A stretch of DNA of 63,092 nucleotides from Elusimicrobia bacterium UBA4817 (GTDB lineage: Bacteria; Elusimicrobiota; UBA8919), in assembly GCA_002402375.1 (NCBI GenBank), contig DHFT01000047.1, positions 1 to 63,092 of the forward strand. Direction: 5' to 3'. The translations under genes and the position numbers were made by a program. A model generated the notes under the pieces. That model was not told where the DNA came from. It was given only the letters and a program-made list of their open reading frames with translations, and made no database searches. How positions within the stretch are numbered: position 1 is the first letter of the stretch; each line of letters opens with the position of its first letter. This document shows, piece after piece, positions 1 through 9,042 of the stretch.

Positions 1-1
1 T

Positions 2-985
2 GTTATGACAACCAATGCCGCCTCTTGTGCGCTGGTAAAATTTGCGCCGGACGGTTCAATCAATCTTTCAATGGGAACTATTGACTACGGGCAGGGTGCG
101 TTAACGGCGCTCAGCCAGATTTGTGCGGAAAGGATTCAACTGCCTTTTGAAAAGATACATATGTCGCGTGAAACGGATACCCAGTTTTCACCTTACGAAT
201 GGCAGACGGTTGCATCTCGCGGTACCTGGTCGGTAGGGAATGCCATAGTTGCCGCCTGTGATGATGCGATAGAAAAAATAAAGAAAAATGCATCATATCT
301 TTTTAAGACGCCTGCAAAAAATCTGGTTTATGAAAAGGGCTTTGTTTTTATTAAAAACAACCGGAAAAAGAAAATTCCGATAGAGCAACTTATTCACGGT
401 TATATGTTTGAAGACGGGCATACCGAAGGCGGTCCCGTCGTCGGTTACGGTTATTTTATGCCCAACATTCAGAACGCCGATAAGGAAACCGGACAGGGCA
501 GGTGTGTCGGCGAATGGACGGGCGGTTGTCAGTCGGTTATAATAGAAATTGACACGGAAACCGGTGTTATAACCCCGATAAAAATGGTAACGGCAATTGA
601 TGCCGGAAAAATCGTAAATCCGAAACTTGCCCGCGGGCAGATAGTCGGTGCGATGGTCCAGGCATTGGGTTCGGCAATATACGAAGGAATAATTTATTCG
701 GATAAAGGTAAAATGCGTTCCGACCATTTCACCGATTACAAAATTCCTACGCCGGAAGATGTCTTCAACTGCGATATGGAAGTTATTTTCATAGAGACGC
801 CGGAGGAGGGTGGTCCGTTCGGAGCAAGGAGTTTGGCGGAACATCCTGTCGTAGCATTGCCGTCGGCTATCGGCAATGCCGTCCACAACGGAACGGGTAT
901 AGATTTTTTTGAGTTGCCCATAACATCCGATAAATTGCTGATAAAGTTAAAGGAAAAAAAGTCGCTCACAAGCAAGTTTCTTTGA
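2..985 (+). CDS. Xanthine dehydrogenase/aldehyde oxidase-family molybdopterin-binding large subunit (L1), C-terminal part; 5' end lies outside the window
   Basis: The frame is open to the window edge. It has a C-terminal Mo-hydroxylase domain pattern (GPFGARSLAEHP loop with conserved Glu) and by-eye paralogy with L2 (2527..4836) and L3 (13365..15698). Confidence 0.85.
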   Translation, partial: VMTTNAASCALVKFAPDGSINLSMGTIDYGQGALTALSQICAERIQLPFEKIHMSRETDTQFSPYEWQTVASRGTWSVGNAIVAACDDAIEKIKKNASYLFKTPAKNLVYEKGFVFIKNNRKKKIPIEQLIHGYMFEDGHTEGGPVVGYGYFMPNIQNADKETGQGRCVGEWTGGCQSVIIEIDTETGVITPIKMVTAIDAGKIVNPKLARGQIVGAMVQALGSAIYEGIIYSDKGKMRSDHFTDYKIPTPEDVFNCDMEVIFIETPEEGGPFGARSLAEHPVVALPSAIGNAVHNGTGIDFFELPITSDKLLIKLKEKKSLTSKFL

Positions 986-1077
986 GACGCTCGTCAGAAC
1001 TCGCTCTGCAATTTGCTCCTGGAAGGAATAAGTCGCAAATTGAGGCTCTGCAGAAACTTCTTGTTCGCTCCGTGAGT
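961..1077 (+). repeat. ~120-bp TIR repeat element, copy 1 (family R120)
   Basis: Aligns by eye over its full length with 54690..54809 and with the reverse complement of 13273..13389. The ends GTCGCTCACAAGCAAGTTTC ... GAAACTTCTTGTTCGCTC are imperfect inverted repeats. Confidence 0.8.
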
Positions 1078-1093
1078 AATAGGGTAAATAATT

Positions 1094-1960
1094 ATGTTTT
1101 CGCGATTTGATTATTATGCGCCTCAAACGTTGAACGATGCCTTCGCCGCGTTAAGCAAAAACGGGAATGCCCGTATACTTGCCGGCGGCACCGATCTGGT
1201 CGTCAACATCCGTTCCGGTAAAATAAAACCGTCGCTTATTGTTGACCTGAAAAAAATCAAGTGGCTTTCCGGCGTTACAAAAACCGACAGGGGCATAGAA
1301 ATAGGCCCGCTTACGACTATGAACGAACTGGCTGAATCATCTCTGTTAAAAGGCCCGTATTCGCTTTTAAGTTATGCCGCAAAAATTATGGGATGTTATG
1401 AAATAAGAAACAGGGCTACCGTCGGCGGAAATATAATCAACGCCTCGCCCGGCGCTGAAACCCTTACGCCCCTTACAGTGCTTCATGCGTCGGTGGAAGT
1501 TTCCGGCAACAATAACAAAAAACTGATTCCGCTTAATAAATTCGTTACCGGCCCCAACAATACCGTGCTTTCCGGAGGCGAAATAGTAACAAAAATAATT
1601 CTTCCTTTTTATCCGCAGTTGACGGCCGGTTATTATATGCGGCGTGCCCGCGTAAAAGGTATGGATTTGGCATCTGTTAACTGCTCCGTTCTGGTTGTGA
1701 ATCCGAATAATATTGAGAAATGTCAGGTGAGAGCGGCTTTCGGAACCGTTATGCCGACGCCTTATAGGTCACAAAAAGCGGAGGAGATTTTGTCGGGCAA
1801 AAAAATCACTCTTGATTTAATAAAACAGGCCGCATCCGTTATAAATTCCGAGATAAATCCAAGGGCGACATCTTTGCGTGCCACACCTGAATATAAACGT
1901 TTTATGGTTGAATATTTTCTGAAAACCGGTTTATCAAAAATTTTAGGGGTGACATTTTGA
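1094..1960 (+). CDS. Mo-hydroxylase FAD-binding medium subunit (CoxM/XdhB-like), M1
   Basis: AGGTDLVVN FAD-binding motif, ~288 aa. Its stop overlaps the start of the 2Fe-2S subunit gene. Confidence 0.85.
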   Translation: MFSRFDYYAPQTLNDAFAALSKNGNARILAGGTDLVVNIRSGKIKPSLIVDLKKIKWLSGVTKTDRGIEIGPLTTMNELAESSLLKGPYSLLSYAAKIMGCYEIRNRATVGGNIINASPGAETLTPLTVLHASVEVSGNNNKKLIPLNKFVTGPNNTVLSGGEIVTKIILPFYPQLTAGYYMRRARVKGMDLASVNCSVLVVNPNNIEKCQVRAAFGTVMPTPYRSQKAEEILSGKKITLDLIKQAASVINSEINPRATSLRATPEYKRFMVEYFLKTGLSKILGVTF

Positions 1961-2421
1961 TGAAAATAAAATTCAAATTAAACGGTGAACTAAAAACCGC
2001 CGAGATAGTTTCTTATATGACGCTTCTTGAGGTTCTGCGGGATACATTCGGTCTTACCGGCACAAAGTGCGGTTGCGGCAACGGAGAATGCGGCGCCTGC
2101 ACCGTAATTATGAACGGCCACCCTGTTCGTTCCTGTCTCATTTTAGGAGTTGAAGCGGACGGCAGCGAGATATTTACGATTGAGTCCGTTTCCGCTAATG
2201 GTCTTAGTGATTTACAGAAGGCATTCCTTGAAGAAGGTGCCGTGCAGTGCGGTTTTTGCACCCCGGGTTTTATCATGGCCGGCGAGGCGTTGTTTAAGAG
2301 AACGCAAAATCCTACCGATGAAGAAATAAAAATAGCCCTCGGCGGGCATCTTTGCCGGTGCACGGGCTACGATGCCATATTCAAAGCATTCAAAAAAGTC
2401 AAAGTTAAAAAAACTTTGTAA
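1957..2421 (+). CDS. Mo-hydroxylase [2Fe-2S] small subunit (CoxS/XdhC-iron-sulfur type), S1
   Basis: CGCGNGECGACTV, CGFCTPG and CRCTGY cysteine motifs. Confidence 0.9.
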   Translation: MMKIKFKLNGELKTAEIVSYMTLLEVLRDTFGLTGTKCGCGNGECGACTVIMNGHPVRSCLILGVEADGSEIFTIESVSANGLSDLQKAFLEEGAVQCGFCTPGFIMAGEALFKRTQNPTDEEIKIALGGHLCRCTGYDAIFKAFKKVKVKKTL

Positions 2422-2503
2422 CCACAGATGGACGCAAATTTTCATGGATTAAAAAACCACAAATTATTTTTGTTTCTTTGAATTTATCTGTGTGAATCCG
2501 TGG
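2422..2503. repeat. CCACAGA-type palindromic intergenic repeat (family PAL-B)
   Basis: CCACAGATGGACGCAAATTTTCATGGATT ... AATTTATCTGTGTGAATCCGTGG. Same type as 16175..16258, 19007..19110, 41862..41922 and 58643..58737. Confidence 0.6.
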
Positions 2504-2526
2504 CAAGGTTTTTCAATGGTCAGATT

Positions 2527-4836
2527 ATGAAAAAAACCTTATCTAAAAATAATTTTCATTCAGTAGGCAATTCCGTTATTCGCAATGATGTTATAGAAAA
2601 AGTTACAGGCACTGCGAAATATATTGACGATTATAAATTCGGCGATATGCTTTACGGCGCCACTGTCCGAGCAACAGTGCCTCACGGAAATATAAAATCT
2701 TTTAATTCCGCCCTCGCCTTAAAAATAGACGGTGTTATAGCGGTTTATACATATAAAGATGTGCCCGGGAAAAATGAAGTTCCATTTATTTTAAATGATT
2801 ATCCGTTGTTGGCTTCCGACAAGGTTTTGTTTCACGGCCAGGCCATCGCCCTGGTTGTCGCAAAAACTCCTGAAATTGCAAAATTCGCCGCCAAAAAAGT
2901 GGAGGTTACATACCAAGAACTGCCGGCTATTAACGATGTGCATCAGTCGTTAAAAAAGGATGCCGTTAAAATTTTCGGTAATGATAACATTTTTAAAAGA
3001 TACGACATTATTCGCGGCGATGCGGAAAATGTATTTGAGAAAGCTGCCGTTGTTGTAGAAGGAAAATACACCACTAACTATCAGGTGCATGCCTACCTTG
3101 AAACGCAGGGTATGGTGGCTGACCCTCAACCCGACGGAAGTATTGTTATTTACGGCTCCATGCAGTGTCCTTTTTATATCCACGATGCAATAGTTCATAT
3201 TCTTAATGTGCCGCAAAATAAAGTGCGCATCGTCCAGACGACGACCGGAGGTGCTTTCGGCGGAAAAGAGGATGTCCCTTCAATAGTTGCGGCGCACGCC
3301 GCACTTGCGGCTTATTTATCCAAAAAACCGGTAAAAATTATTTATTCCCGCGAGGAAGATTTTCAGGCGATGTCAAAAAGGCATCCCTCTTACATTGAAA
3401 TGAAATATGCCGCCGATAAAAAAGGAAAAATAACAGCGGCACAGGTCCGATATATTTTAGACGGCGGTGCATTTTCAACTTTAAGTCCGGTGGTTTTATG
3501 GCGCGGCGCCGTGCATGCTGCCGGTCCGTATAATATTCCCAATGTTAAAATTGAGGCAATTTGCGCTGCTACAAATAAAGTGCCGTGCGGCGCTTTCCGC
3601 GGTTTCGGCCAGCCGCAGACAACTTTTGCCAATGAATCGCTGATTGACGAATTGGCCGTTAAATTAAACATTTCGCCGTTGGAATTGAGACGAATAAATA
3701 TGATGAAGGTCGGCTCCCGGACGGCGACAGGACAGAAAATCACACGCAGTTGCGGACTGGAAAAAGTCATAAAGCAGGTCGTCCAAAAATCCGACTGGAA
3801 TAAAATATATTTGTCTCCGGAAAAACGTACGGGCACAATAAGAACCGGTATAGGCATAGCGGCAAGTTTTTACGGTGTGGGGCTTGGCGCCGGAGGAAAA
3901 TATTTAGACCGCGCGGGAAGTTATGTTCAGGTTCAAAAAGACGGCACCGTAATAATTGCCATCGGCAACACTGAACTCGGACAAGGCGTGTTCACGGTTA
4001 TTTCGCAGATTGCCGCCGAAATGCTGGGTTGTCCGTATAATTTTGTAAGAGTGCTCAAGACGGATACTACCCGTGTTCCGGATAGCGGGCCTACCGTTGC
4101 CTCAAGGTCAACGCTGATGTCCGGCAATGCCGTCCGAAACGCGGCGGGAATTATCCGGCTAAGAATAGATAAAATGGTTTTGGAAATGCTTAATGTAAAA
4201 AGCGGTGCTGTTAAATCAAACGGTAAAAATTATTTTTTATCATCCGACCCGAAAAAGAAAGTTCGCTATCAGGATGTCGTCAAAAAATGTTACGGTAAAA
4301 GAATAAACCTTACTTCTAACGGCTGGTACGCCGGCGAAGATGTAACTTTTTCTCAGGAAACCGGTCAGGGCAATGCGTATTATACGTATTCGTATTCGGC
4401 AACTGCGGCAATTGTAAAAGTTAATACTGAAACCTGCGAAGTTAGCGTAGAAAAATTAGTCAGCGGGCATGACATAGGCAAGGCGCTCAATCCGCAACTC
4501 TGTGAAGGTCAGATTGAGGGCGGTGTTATTCAATCGCTGGGTTACGCTTTAACTGAAAACCTTATCATTAAAAACGGCATTATGTTAAATCCGAGTTTCG
4601 CGGGATATTTAATTCCGACTTCTTCGGATATTCCGGAAATTATTCCGGTAATTGTTGAAGAACCATATCACGACGGTCCTTTCGGTGCGAAAGGGCTCGG
4701 CGAACCGCCTATGATTACTCCGGCGACGGCTATAGCGAACGCAATTTACAATGCCACGGGTTGGCGGACGGATAAATTACCGGTAACACCGGAAGTTTTA
4801 TTGGATATAAAAAAACATTTATGGAAAAAAATATAA
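2527..4836 (+). CDS. Xanthine dehydrogenase-family molybdopterin-binding large subunit, L2
   Basis: TTGGAFGGKEDV, CGAFRGFGQPQ and GPFGAKGLGEPP motifs. The ATG at 2527 is preferred because the GTG at 2500 lies inside a palindromic repeat. Confidence 0.9.
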   Translation: MKKTLSKNNFHSVGNSVIRNDVIEKVTGTAKYIDDYKFGDMLYGATVRATVPHGNIKSFNSALALKIDGVIAVYTYKDVPGKNEVPFILNDYPLLASDKVLFHGQAIALVVAKTPEIAKFAAKKVEVTYQELPAINDVHQSLKKDAVKIFGNDNIFKRYDIIRGDAENVFEKAAVVVEGKYTTNYQVHAYLETQGMVADPQPDGSIVIYGSMQCPFYIHDAIVHILNVPQNKVRIVQTTTGGAFGGKEDVPSIVAAHAALAAYLSKKPVKIIYSREEDFQAMSKRHPSYIEMKYAADKKGKITAAQVRYILDGGAFSTLSPVVLWRGAVHAAGPYNIPNVKIEAICAATNKVPCGAFRGFGQPQTTFANESLIDELAVKLNISPLELRRINMMKVGSRTATGQKITRSCGLEKVIKQVVQKSDWNKIYLSPEKRTGTIRTGIGIAASFYGVGLGAGGKYLDRAGSYVQVQKDGTVIIAIGNTELGQGVFTVISQIAAEMLGCPYNFVRVLKTDTTRVPDSGPTVASRSTLMSGNAVRNAAGIIRLRIDKMVLEMLNVKSGAVKSNGKNYFLSSDPKKKVRYQDVVKKCYGKRINLTSNGWYAGEDVTFSQETGQGNAYYTYSYSATAAIVKVNTETCEVSVEKLVSGHDIGKALNPQLCEGQIEGGVIQSLGYALTENLIIKNGIMLNPSFAGYLIPTSSDIPEIIPVIVEEPYHDGPFGAKGLGEPPMITPATAIANAIYNATGWRTDKLPVTPEVLLDIKKHLWKKI

Positions 4837-5297
4837 AATTTATATTGAATGGAAAAGAGGTTGAAGTCACAGTTCATCCGGTAAAGACGCTGCTTAAAGT
4901 ATTGCGTGAAGATCTTGGGCATACTGAAGTGAAAGCGGGATGCGAGCAGGGAGAGTGTGGCAGTTGTACGGTTATTATTGACGGGAAAATAGTGAATTCC
5001 TGCATCTTTCCGGTCGGCCAGGCGGAAGGTTCAAGCATTATTACGATAGCCGGGTTATGTAAAGAAGGAGAACTTCATCCTATACAAAAGATTTTTATTG
5101 AAGAAGGCGCTGTCCAGTGCGGTTTCTGTACTCCAGGTATAATACTTGCCGTTAAGGTTTTGCTTGACAGAACGTTGTCGCCCGGTGACGAAGAAATTCG
5201 GGAAGCGGTTTCCGGAAATCTGTGCCGCTGTACGGGTTATTCAAAAATATTTAGCGCCATAAAAAAAGCAGCGGTGTATATGAGGACCAAAAAATGA
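4821..5297 (+). CDS. Mo-hydroxylase [2Fe-2S] small subunit, S2
   Basis: CEQGECGSCTV, CGFCTPG and CRCTGY. Overlaps the L2 stop and the M2 start, so it is translationally coupled. Confidence 0.9.
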   Translation: MEKNIKFILNGKEVEVTVHPVKTLLKVLREDLGHTEVKAGCEQGECGSCTVIIDGKIVNSCIFPVGQAEGSSIITIAGLCKEGELHPIQKIFIEEGAVQCGFCTPGIILAVKVLLDRTLSPGDEEIREAVSGNLCRCTGYSKIFSAIKKAAVYMRTKK

Positions 5298-6163
5298 TTT
5301 ATCCCGAGTATATTCAGCCCGTTTCTTTAACAGATTTATGGGGCAAATTTCCGCAGGATAAAAAAATTTATTTTCTTGCCGGCGGAACTGACCTATTTAA
5401 TTATTTAAGAGACGGGTTGATAGATGCCTCAAGCAGTTGCTTTGTTGATATCAGTTTGCTTAAACAATTAGACGGCATAACTGAAGAATCGGAAAATATA
5501 AGAATCGGTGCCTTGACAACTTTCAGCACTATTTCAGAAAGCGGATTATTAAAAAAGTATTGTCCGGATTTGGTTGCAGCGGCAAAAGTGCTGGGGACTC
5601 CGCAGATAGCAAACAGGGCGACCATCGGCGGTAATATCGGCAATGCTTCTCCCGCTGGCGACGCTCTTCCGTCTCTCGCGGCTCATTTTGCAAAAGCGGA
5701 GGTTGCTAATTCAAAAGGCAGTCGGTTGCTCAATATATCGGATGTATTTGCCGGTCCCAAAAAGACAACACTTGCCAACGGTGAAATAATTACGGCTGTC
5801 GTTATCCCGAAAATCAAAGTAAAAGCGGGTTTTACCGTCGTCGGAACTTTTAAAAAAATCGGCGGAAGAAAATCGCACATAATAGCCAAAGCGTCCGTTG
5901 CGGTTTTTGCCGTTGTCAAAAATAAATCGGTGGACTATATTAGTGTTGCGCTTGGCGCCGTAGGACCTAAGATAATTGAAGTAAGAAACATATCAAAAAT
6001 TTTATCAGGTAAAAAGGTTTCGCCGGAATTAACGGAAAAATGCAAAGATGAAATCCGCAAAATCGCCTCCCCGATAGATGATTTCCGCTCTACCGCCGAA
6101 TACAGACAAGAGGTTATCTGTCCTTTATTTGAACAGGCATTAAATGAAATAGTAAAGGACTAA
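5294..6163 (+). CDS. Mo-hydroxylase FAD-binding medium subunit, M2
   Basis: LAGGTDLFNY motif; CoxM-like length and C-terminal domain. Confidence 0.85.
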   Translation: MIYPEYIQPVSLTDLWGKFPQDKKIYFLAGGTDLFNYLRDGLIDASSSCFVDISLLKQLDGITEESENIRIGALTTFSTISESGLLKKYCPDLVAAAKVLGTPQIANRATIGGNIGNASPAGDALPSLAAHFAKAEVANSKGSRLLNISDVFAGPKKTTLANGEIITAVVIPKIKVKAGFTVVGTFKKIGGRKSHIIAKASVAVFAVVKNKSVDYISVALGAVGPKIIEVRNISKILSGKKVSPELTEKCKDEIRKIASPIDDFRSTAEYRQEVICPLFEQALNEIVKD

Positions 6164-6167
6164 TTTG

Positions 6168-6797
6168 ATGAGTCGTTCTCAAAATCTTTCCATAACGGGA
6201 ATTATTCTTGCCGCAGGTTCCGGCGTCCGTCTCGGCGGCAAAGTAAAAGCACTCCTAAAACTCGGTAATAGAACATTTGTAGAAACTATTATTTCAAACT
6301 TCCAAAAATCCGGTATTAAAAATATCATTATTGTTCTCGGCTATAAGGCCAGCGTCATAAAAAAGTATTTAGAATTAAAGAAAATTTTCCGGAAGGGAAC
6401 ATCTCTAAAAGTTCTGGTCAACCACAATTACAATTCGCAGCAGTTGACATCTTTGAGATTAGCGATAAAAAATCTGCCTGAAAATTGCGCCGGCATAATT
6501 TTCACGCCTGTTGACCATCCGCTGGTTAAATTAACAACATATAAAAAACTTTTGTCAACTTGGAAAAAAGACAAGAGTAAAATTTGCCTTCCCAGTTACA
6601 ATTACCGCAAAGGTCACCCGGCGCTTTTTCCGAAAGAGATATTTGAAAAAATTTTAACTGAAAAACTTTCCGGCGGCGCGCGTGACATAATTAAAAAATA
6701 TCCGAAAAAAGTGAGATATGTCGTCGTTCACGACCCCGGCACAGTGAATGATTTTGACAGTATGGGGGATTTCCAAAAATACGGATTAGAAAAATGA
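6168..6797 (+). CDS. mocA: Molybdenum cofactor cytidylyl/guanylyl-transferase (MocA/MobA-like NTP transferase)
   Basis: GIILAAGSGVRLGG nucleotide-binding loop, TPVDHP, and GHPALFP near the C-terminus. Sits immediately after the XDH-family genes. Confidence 0.75.
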   Translation: MSRSQNLSITGIILAAGSGVRLGGKVKALLKLGNRTFVETIISNFQKSGIKNIIIVLGYKASVIKKYLELKKIFRKGTSLKVLVNHNYNSQQLTSLRLAIKNLPENCAGIIFTPVDHPLVKLTTYKKLLSTWKKDKSKICLPSYNYRKGHPALFPKEIFEKILTEKLSGGARDIIKKYPKKVRYVVVHDPGTVNDFDSMGDFQKYGLEK

Positions 6798-6806
6798 TAA
6801 AAACAG

Positions 6807-6835
6807 TTGACTTTATGCAAAACTTTATGTAAACT
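6807..6835 (+). promoter_or_regulatory. Candidate sigma70 promoter of the fic gene (TTGACT-N17-TAAACT)
   Basis: -35 at 6807..6812 and -10 at 6830..6835. AAGGAG RBS at 6844..6849, 7 nt before the ATG at 6857. Confidence 0.45.
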
Positions 6836-6845
6836 TTATGCAAAA
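6811..6845 (+). repeat. Three tandem 11-12-bp direct repeats (CTTTATGYAAAA) overlapping the fic promoter; candidate operator
   Basis: CTTTATGCAAAA / CTTTATGTAAA / CTTTATGCAAAA read directly from the sequence. Confidence 0.7.
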
Positions 6846-6856
6846 GGAGACCTCTG

Positions 6857-7867
6857 ATGTGGAACCCTGTATATAAAGTAAATAATAGGACATTGGGTCT
6901 ATTGGAAAAAATTGCGGACCTGCGTTCAAAGATACAGACATCAATGATAAAACTGCCGTGGATACCGTCATTAGTCCGTGATGCTGTTGTCCGCTCGGCC
7001 CACGGTTCAACTGCCATAGAGGGCTGTACGTTATCGGTTGAAGCGGTAAAGTCGCTGCTTGACGGTAAAAAAGTTTTCGGTTATCCGGAAAAAGACGTCA
7101 ATATGGCAAAAAATTACATAAGTGCAATACAATGGCTGATAAAAAATGAAAAAAAACCTGTCGTTTTTGAAAAAGATATTTTACGACTTCATAAAATCAT
7201 TGTGACAGATGCATCGGATGGCGGACCGATTGGGATGTATAGAAAAGAAAATGTAAGAGCAGGTATTTATTCTGCGTCTGACTGGCATAAAGTGTCTTTC
7301 TTAATGAAGGACTTGATTGAATGGTTAAATATCGGCTCCAAAGAAATCCCTGCTGTTTTTTCCGCCGCATTATTGCATTTACAATTTGTAAATATCCATC
7401 CTTTCAGAGACGGTAACGGCAGATGCGCAAGGGCATTGGCGACATGGGAATTGTATCGCAAGGGATTTGATACGCTGCATATTTTTTCACTTGATGAAAT
7501 TTTGCTTGAAAACAGAAGTATGTATATAAAAAATCTTCAACGGGTTCAAGTGGAAAAATATCCTATTGATGCATGGTTAGAATTTATGTCAGAGGCAACT
7601 CTGGAAACACTCGGGCGTATTTATAACCGCATATTATCCACAGGTATTATTACGCGGAAACCGATTTCGCTTACGACGAGACAGATAAAATTATTACAGG
7701 TTTTCCGCGAACGCGGGATATTGAACATTCGCGATATCGCGAGAACTATAAGAACCACAGTCCCCGGTGCGCATTATGTCCTTAAACCGCTTATCAAACA
7801 AGGTGTAGTCGTCAGAATCGGTAAATATAAATCCGTTAAATATACAATTGCTTCAATCGGCAAATAG
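6857..7867 (+). CDS. Fic-family protein (AMPylase-type), class II with intramolecular inhibitory motif and C-terminal wHTH-like tail
   Basis: Canonical HPFRDGNGRCARA active-site motif (His181). Upstream STAIEG matches the [ST]xxxE[GN] inhibitory helix (Ser51-Gly56). Confidence 0.9.
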   Translation: MWNPVYKVNNRTLGLLEKIADLRSKIQTSMIKLPWIPSLVRDAVVRSAHGSTAIEGCTLSVEAVKSLLDGKKVFGYPEKDVNMAKNYISAIQWLIKNEKKPVVFEKDILRLHKIIVTDASDGGPIGMYRKENVRAGIYSASDWHKVSFLMKDLIEWLNIGSKEIPAVFSAALLHLQFVNIHPFRDGNGRCARALATWELYRKGFDTLHIFSLDEILLENRSMYIKNLQRVQVEKYPIDAWLEFMSEATLETLGRIYNRILSTGIITRKPISLTTRQIKLLQVFRERGILNIRDIARTIRTTVPGAHYVLKPLIKQGVVVRIGKYKSVKYTIASIGK

Positions 7868-7966
7868 TAAAATTACCGATATAAGATATTACTGCGGCGG
7901 ATTTCCAAAAATACGGATTGAAAAACAAAAATTGTAATTCCCGCAAAAAAGATGTAAAATAACTTC

Positions 7967-7995
7967 TTGATTTTCCAACGAAAAAATAGTAACAT
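7967..7995 (+). promoter_or_regulatory. Candidate promoter of the R-M operon (TTGATT-N17-TAACAT)
   Basis: Hexamers and spacing read from the sequence, ~50 nt upstream of the ATG at 8044. Confidence 0.3.
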
Positions 7996-8043
7996 AAAGT
8001 TCATAGTGGGTCAGAAAATCAAGGCGGTTATATTCTTAAAAAA

Positions 8044-9042
8044 ATGAGAAAACAAAAATATAAAGTGAAAAAGAAAAACAAGAAGACGCTTACTAAATTA
8101 TCTACAAAAATATTAGGTGTTGCAGAATCAGAAGAAAAGTATTTAGTAAAACGCGAAATTGAAAAAGAAGAAAAGAAATCAAAACTTGGGTTCAACAACT
8201 TGACACCCAGAGAGTGGGCTTTGCTTTCTAAAAATGTTATTAATGAAAATGAAATTTTAAATCCTGTCTGGAATGACTTGTCATCACCAAGAAATAAATA
8301 TCAACTTGAGCATGGAGCAGTTTATCCTATAAAACTCGCGGAACGATTAATTAAAATGTATTCAGCAGAAGGGGATGTTGTATTTGACCCATTTCTCGGA
8401 ATCGGCTCTACAATTATTGCAGCGCAATCGCAAGGCAGACACGGAGTAGGAATCGAGCTTAACCCAAAGTTTTCAAATATTGCACAACAGTGGCTTAGTG
8501 AAGTGCAAGGGCTTTTTGCAAATGATAAAGTTTATAAAATTATAAATGATGATTGCCGTAATTTGCTAAAACACATTCATAAAGATAAAATCCAACTTAC
8601 TGTAACTTCACCACCTTATGCGAACTTCATAAGAAAATCTATTGAAGATAGGACAACAACACATAAAACATCAATTATTACGCACGAAAATAATAGCACA
8701 GTAAAACCATACAGTGACCACGAACAAGACTTTGGAAATTTACCTTACAAGGATTTTTTGAAAGGTATCAAAGAAATTCTCAAAGACAATTTAGAGGTTA
8801 CAAAACCCGGTGGTTACTCCTGTTGGGTTGTAAAAGATTACCGGGACACTAAAAACAAAATCCCTTACATACCTTTTCACTCTGATTTAGCAGCGATAGG
8901 ACAAGAGGTAGGTTGGCTCTATCAGGATTTAATCATTTGGGACCAAACAGGGCAAAGACGTTTAGTGTTACTTGGCTATCCTTCGGTATTTTATGTAAAT
9001 CAAAATTGTTCATTCATTGTAGTATTTAGAAAATCAAAATGA
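8044..9042 (+). CDS. DNA methyltransferase 1 (N4-C/N6-A family, SPPY catalytic motif)
   Basis: AdoMet motif VFDPFLGIGST...GIELN precedes catalytic TVTSPPYANF. Lys-rich N-terminal tail. Confidence 0.8.
   Translation: MRKQKYKVKKKNKKTLTKLSTKILGVAESEEKYLVKREIEKEEKKSKLGFNNLTPREWALLSKNVINENEILNPVWNDLSSPRNKYQLEHGAVYPIKLAERLIKMYSAEGDVVFDPFLGIGSTIIAAQSQGRHGVGIELNPKFSNIAQQWLSEVQGLFANDKVYKIINDDCRNLLKHIHKDKIQLTVTSPPYANFIRKSIEDRTTTHKTSIITHENNSTVKPYSDHEQDFGNLPYKDFLKGIKEILKDNLEVTKPGGYSCWVVKDYRDTKNKIPYIPFHSDLAAIGQEVGWLYQDLIIWDQTGQRRLVLLGYPSVFYVNQNCSFIVVFRKSK

Noticed and set aside
293-886. Long antisense ORFs inside the large enzyme genes (for example 293..886 -, 3390..3857 -, 29081..29401 -, 43010..43513 -, 59656..60054 -).
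   Set aside because: They lie opposite strongly motif-supported CDSs and have no RBS or recognisable domains. Their composition is typical of shadow frames.
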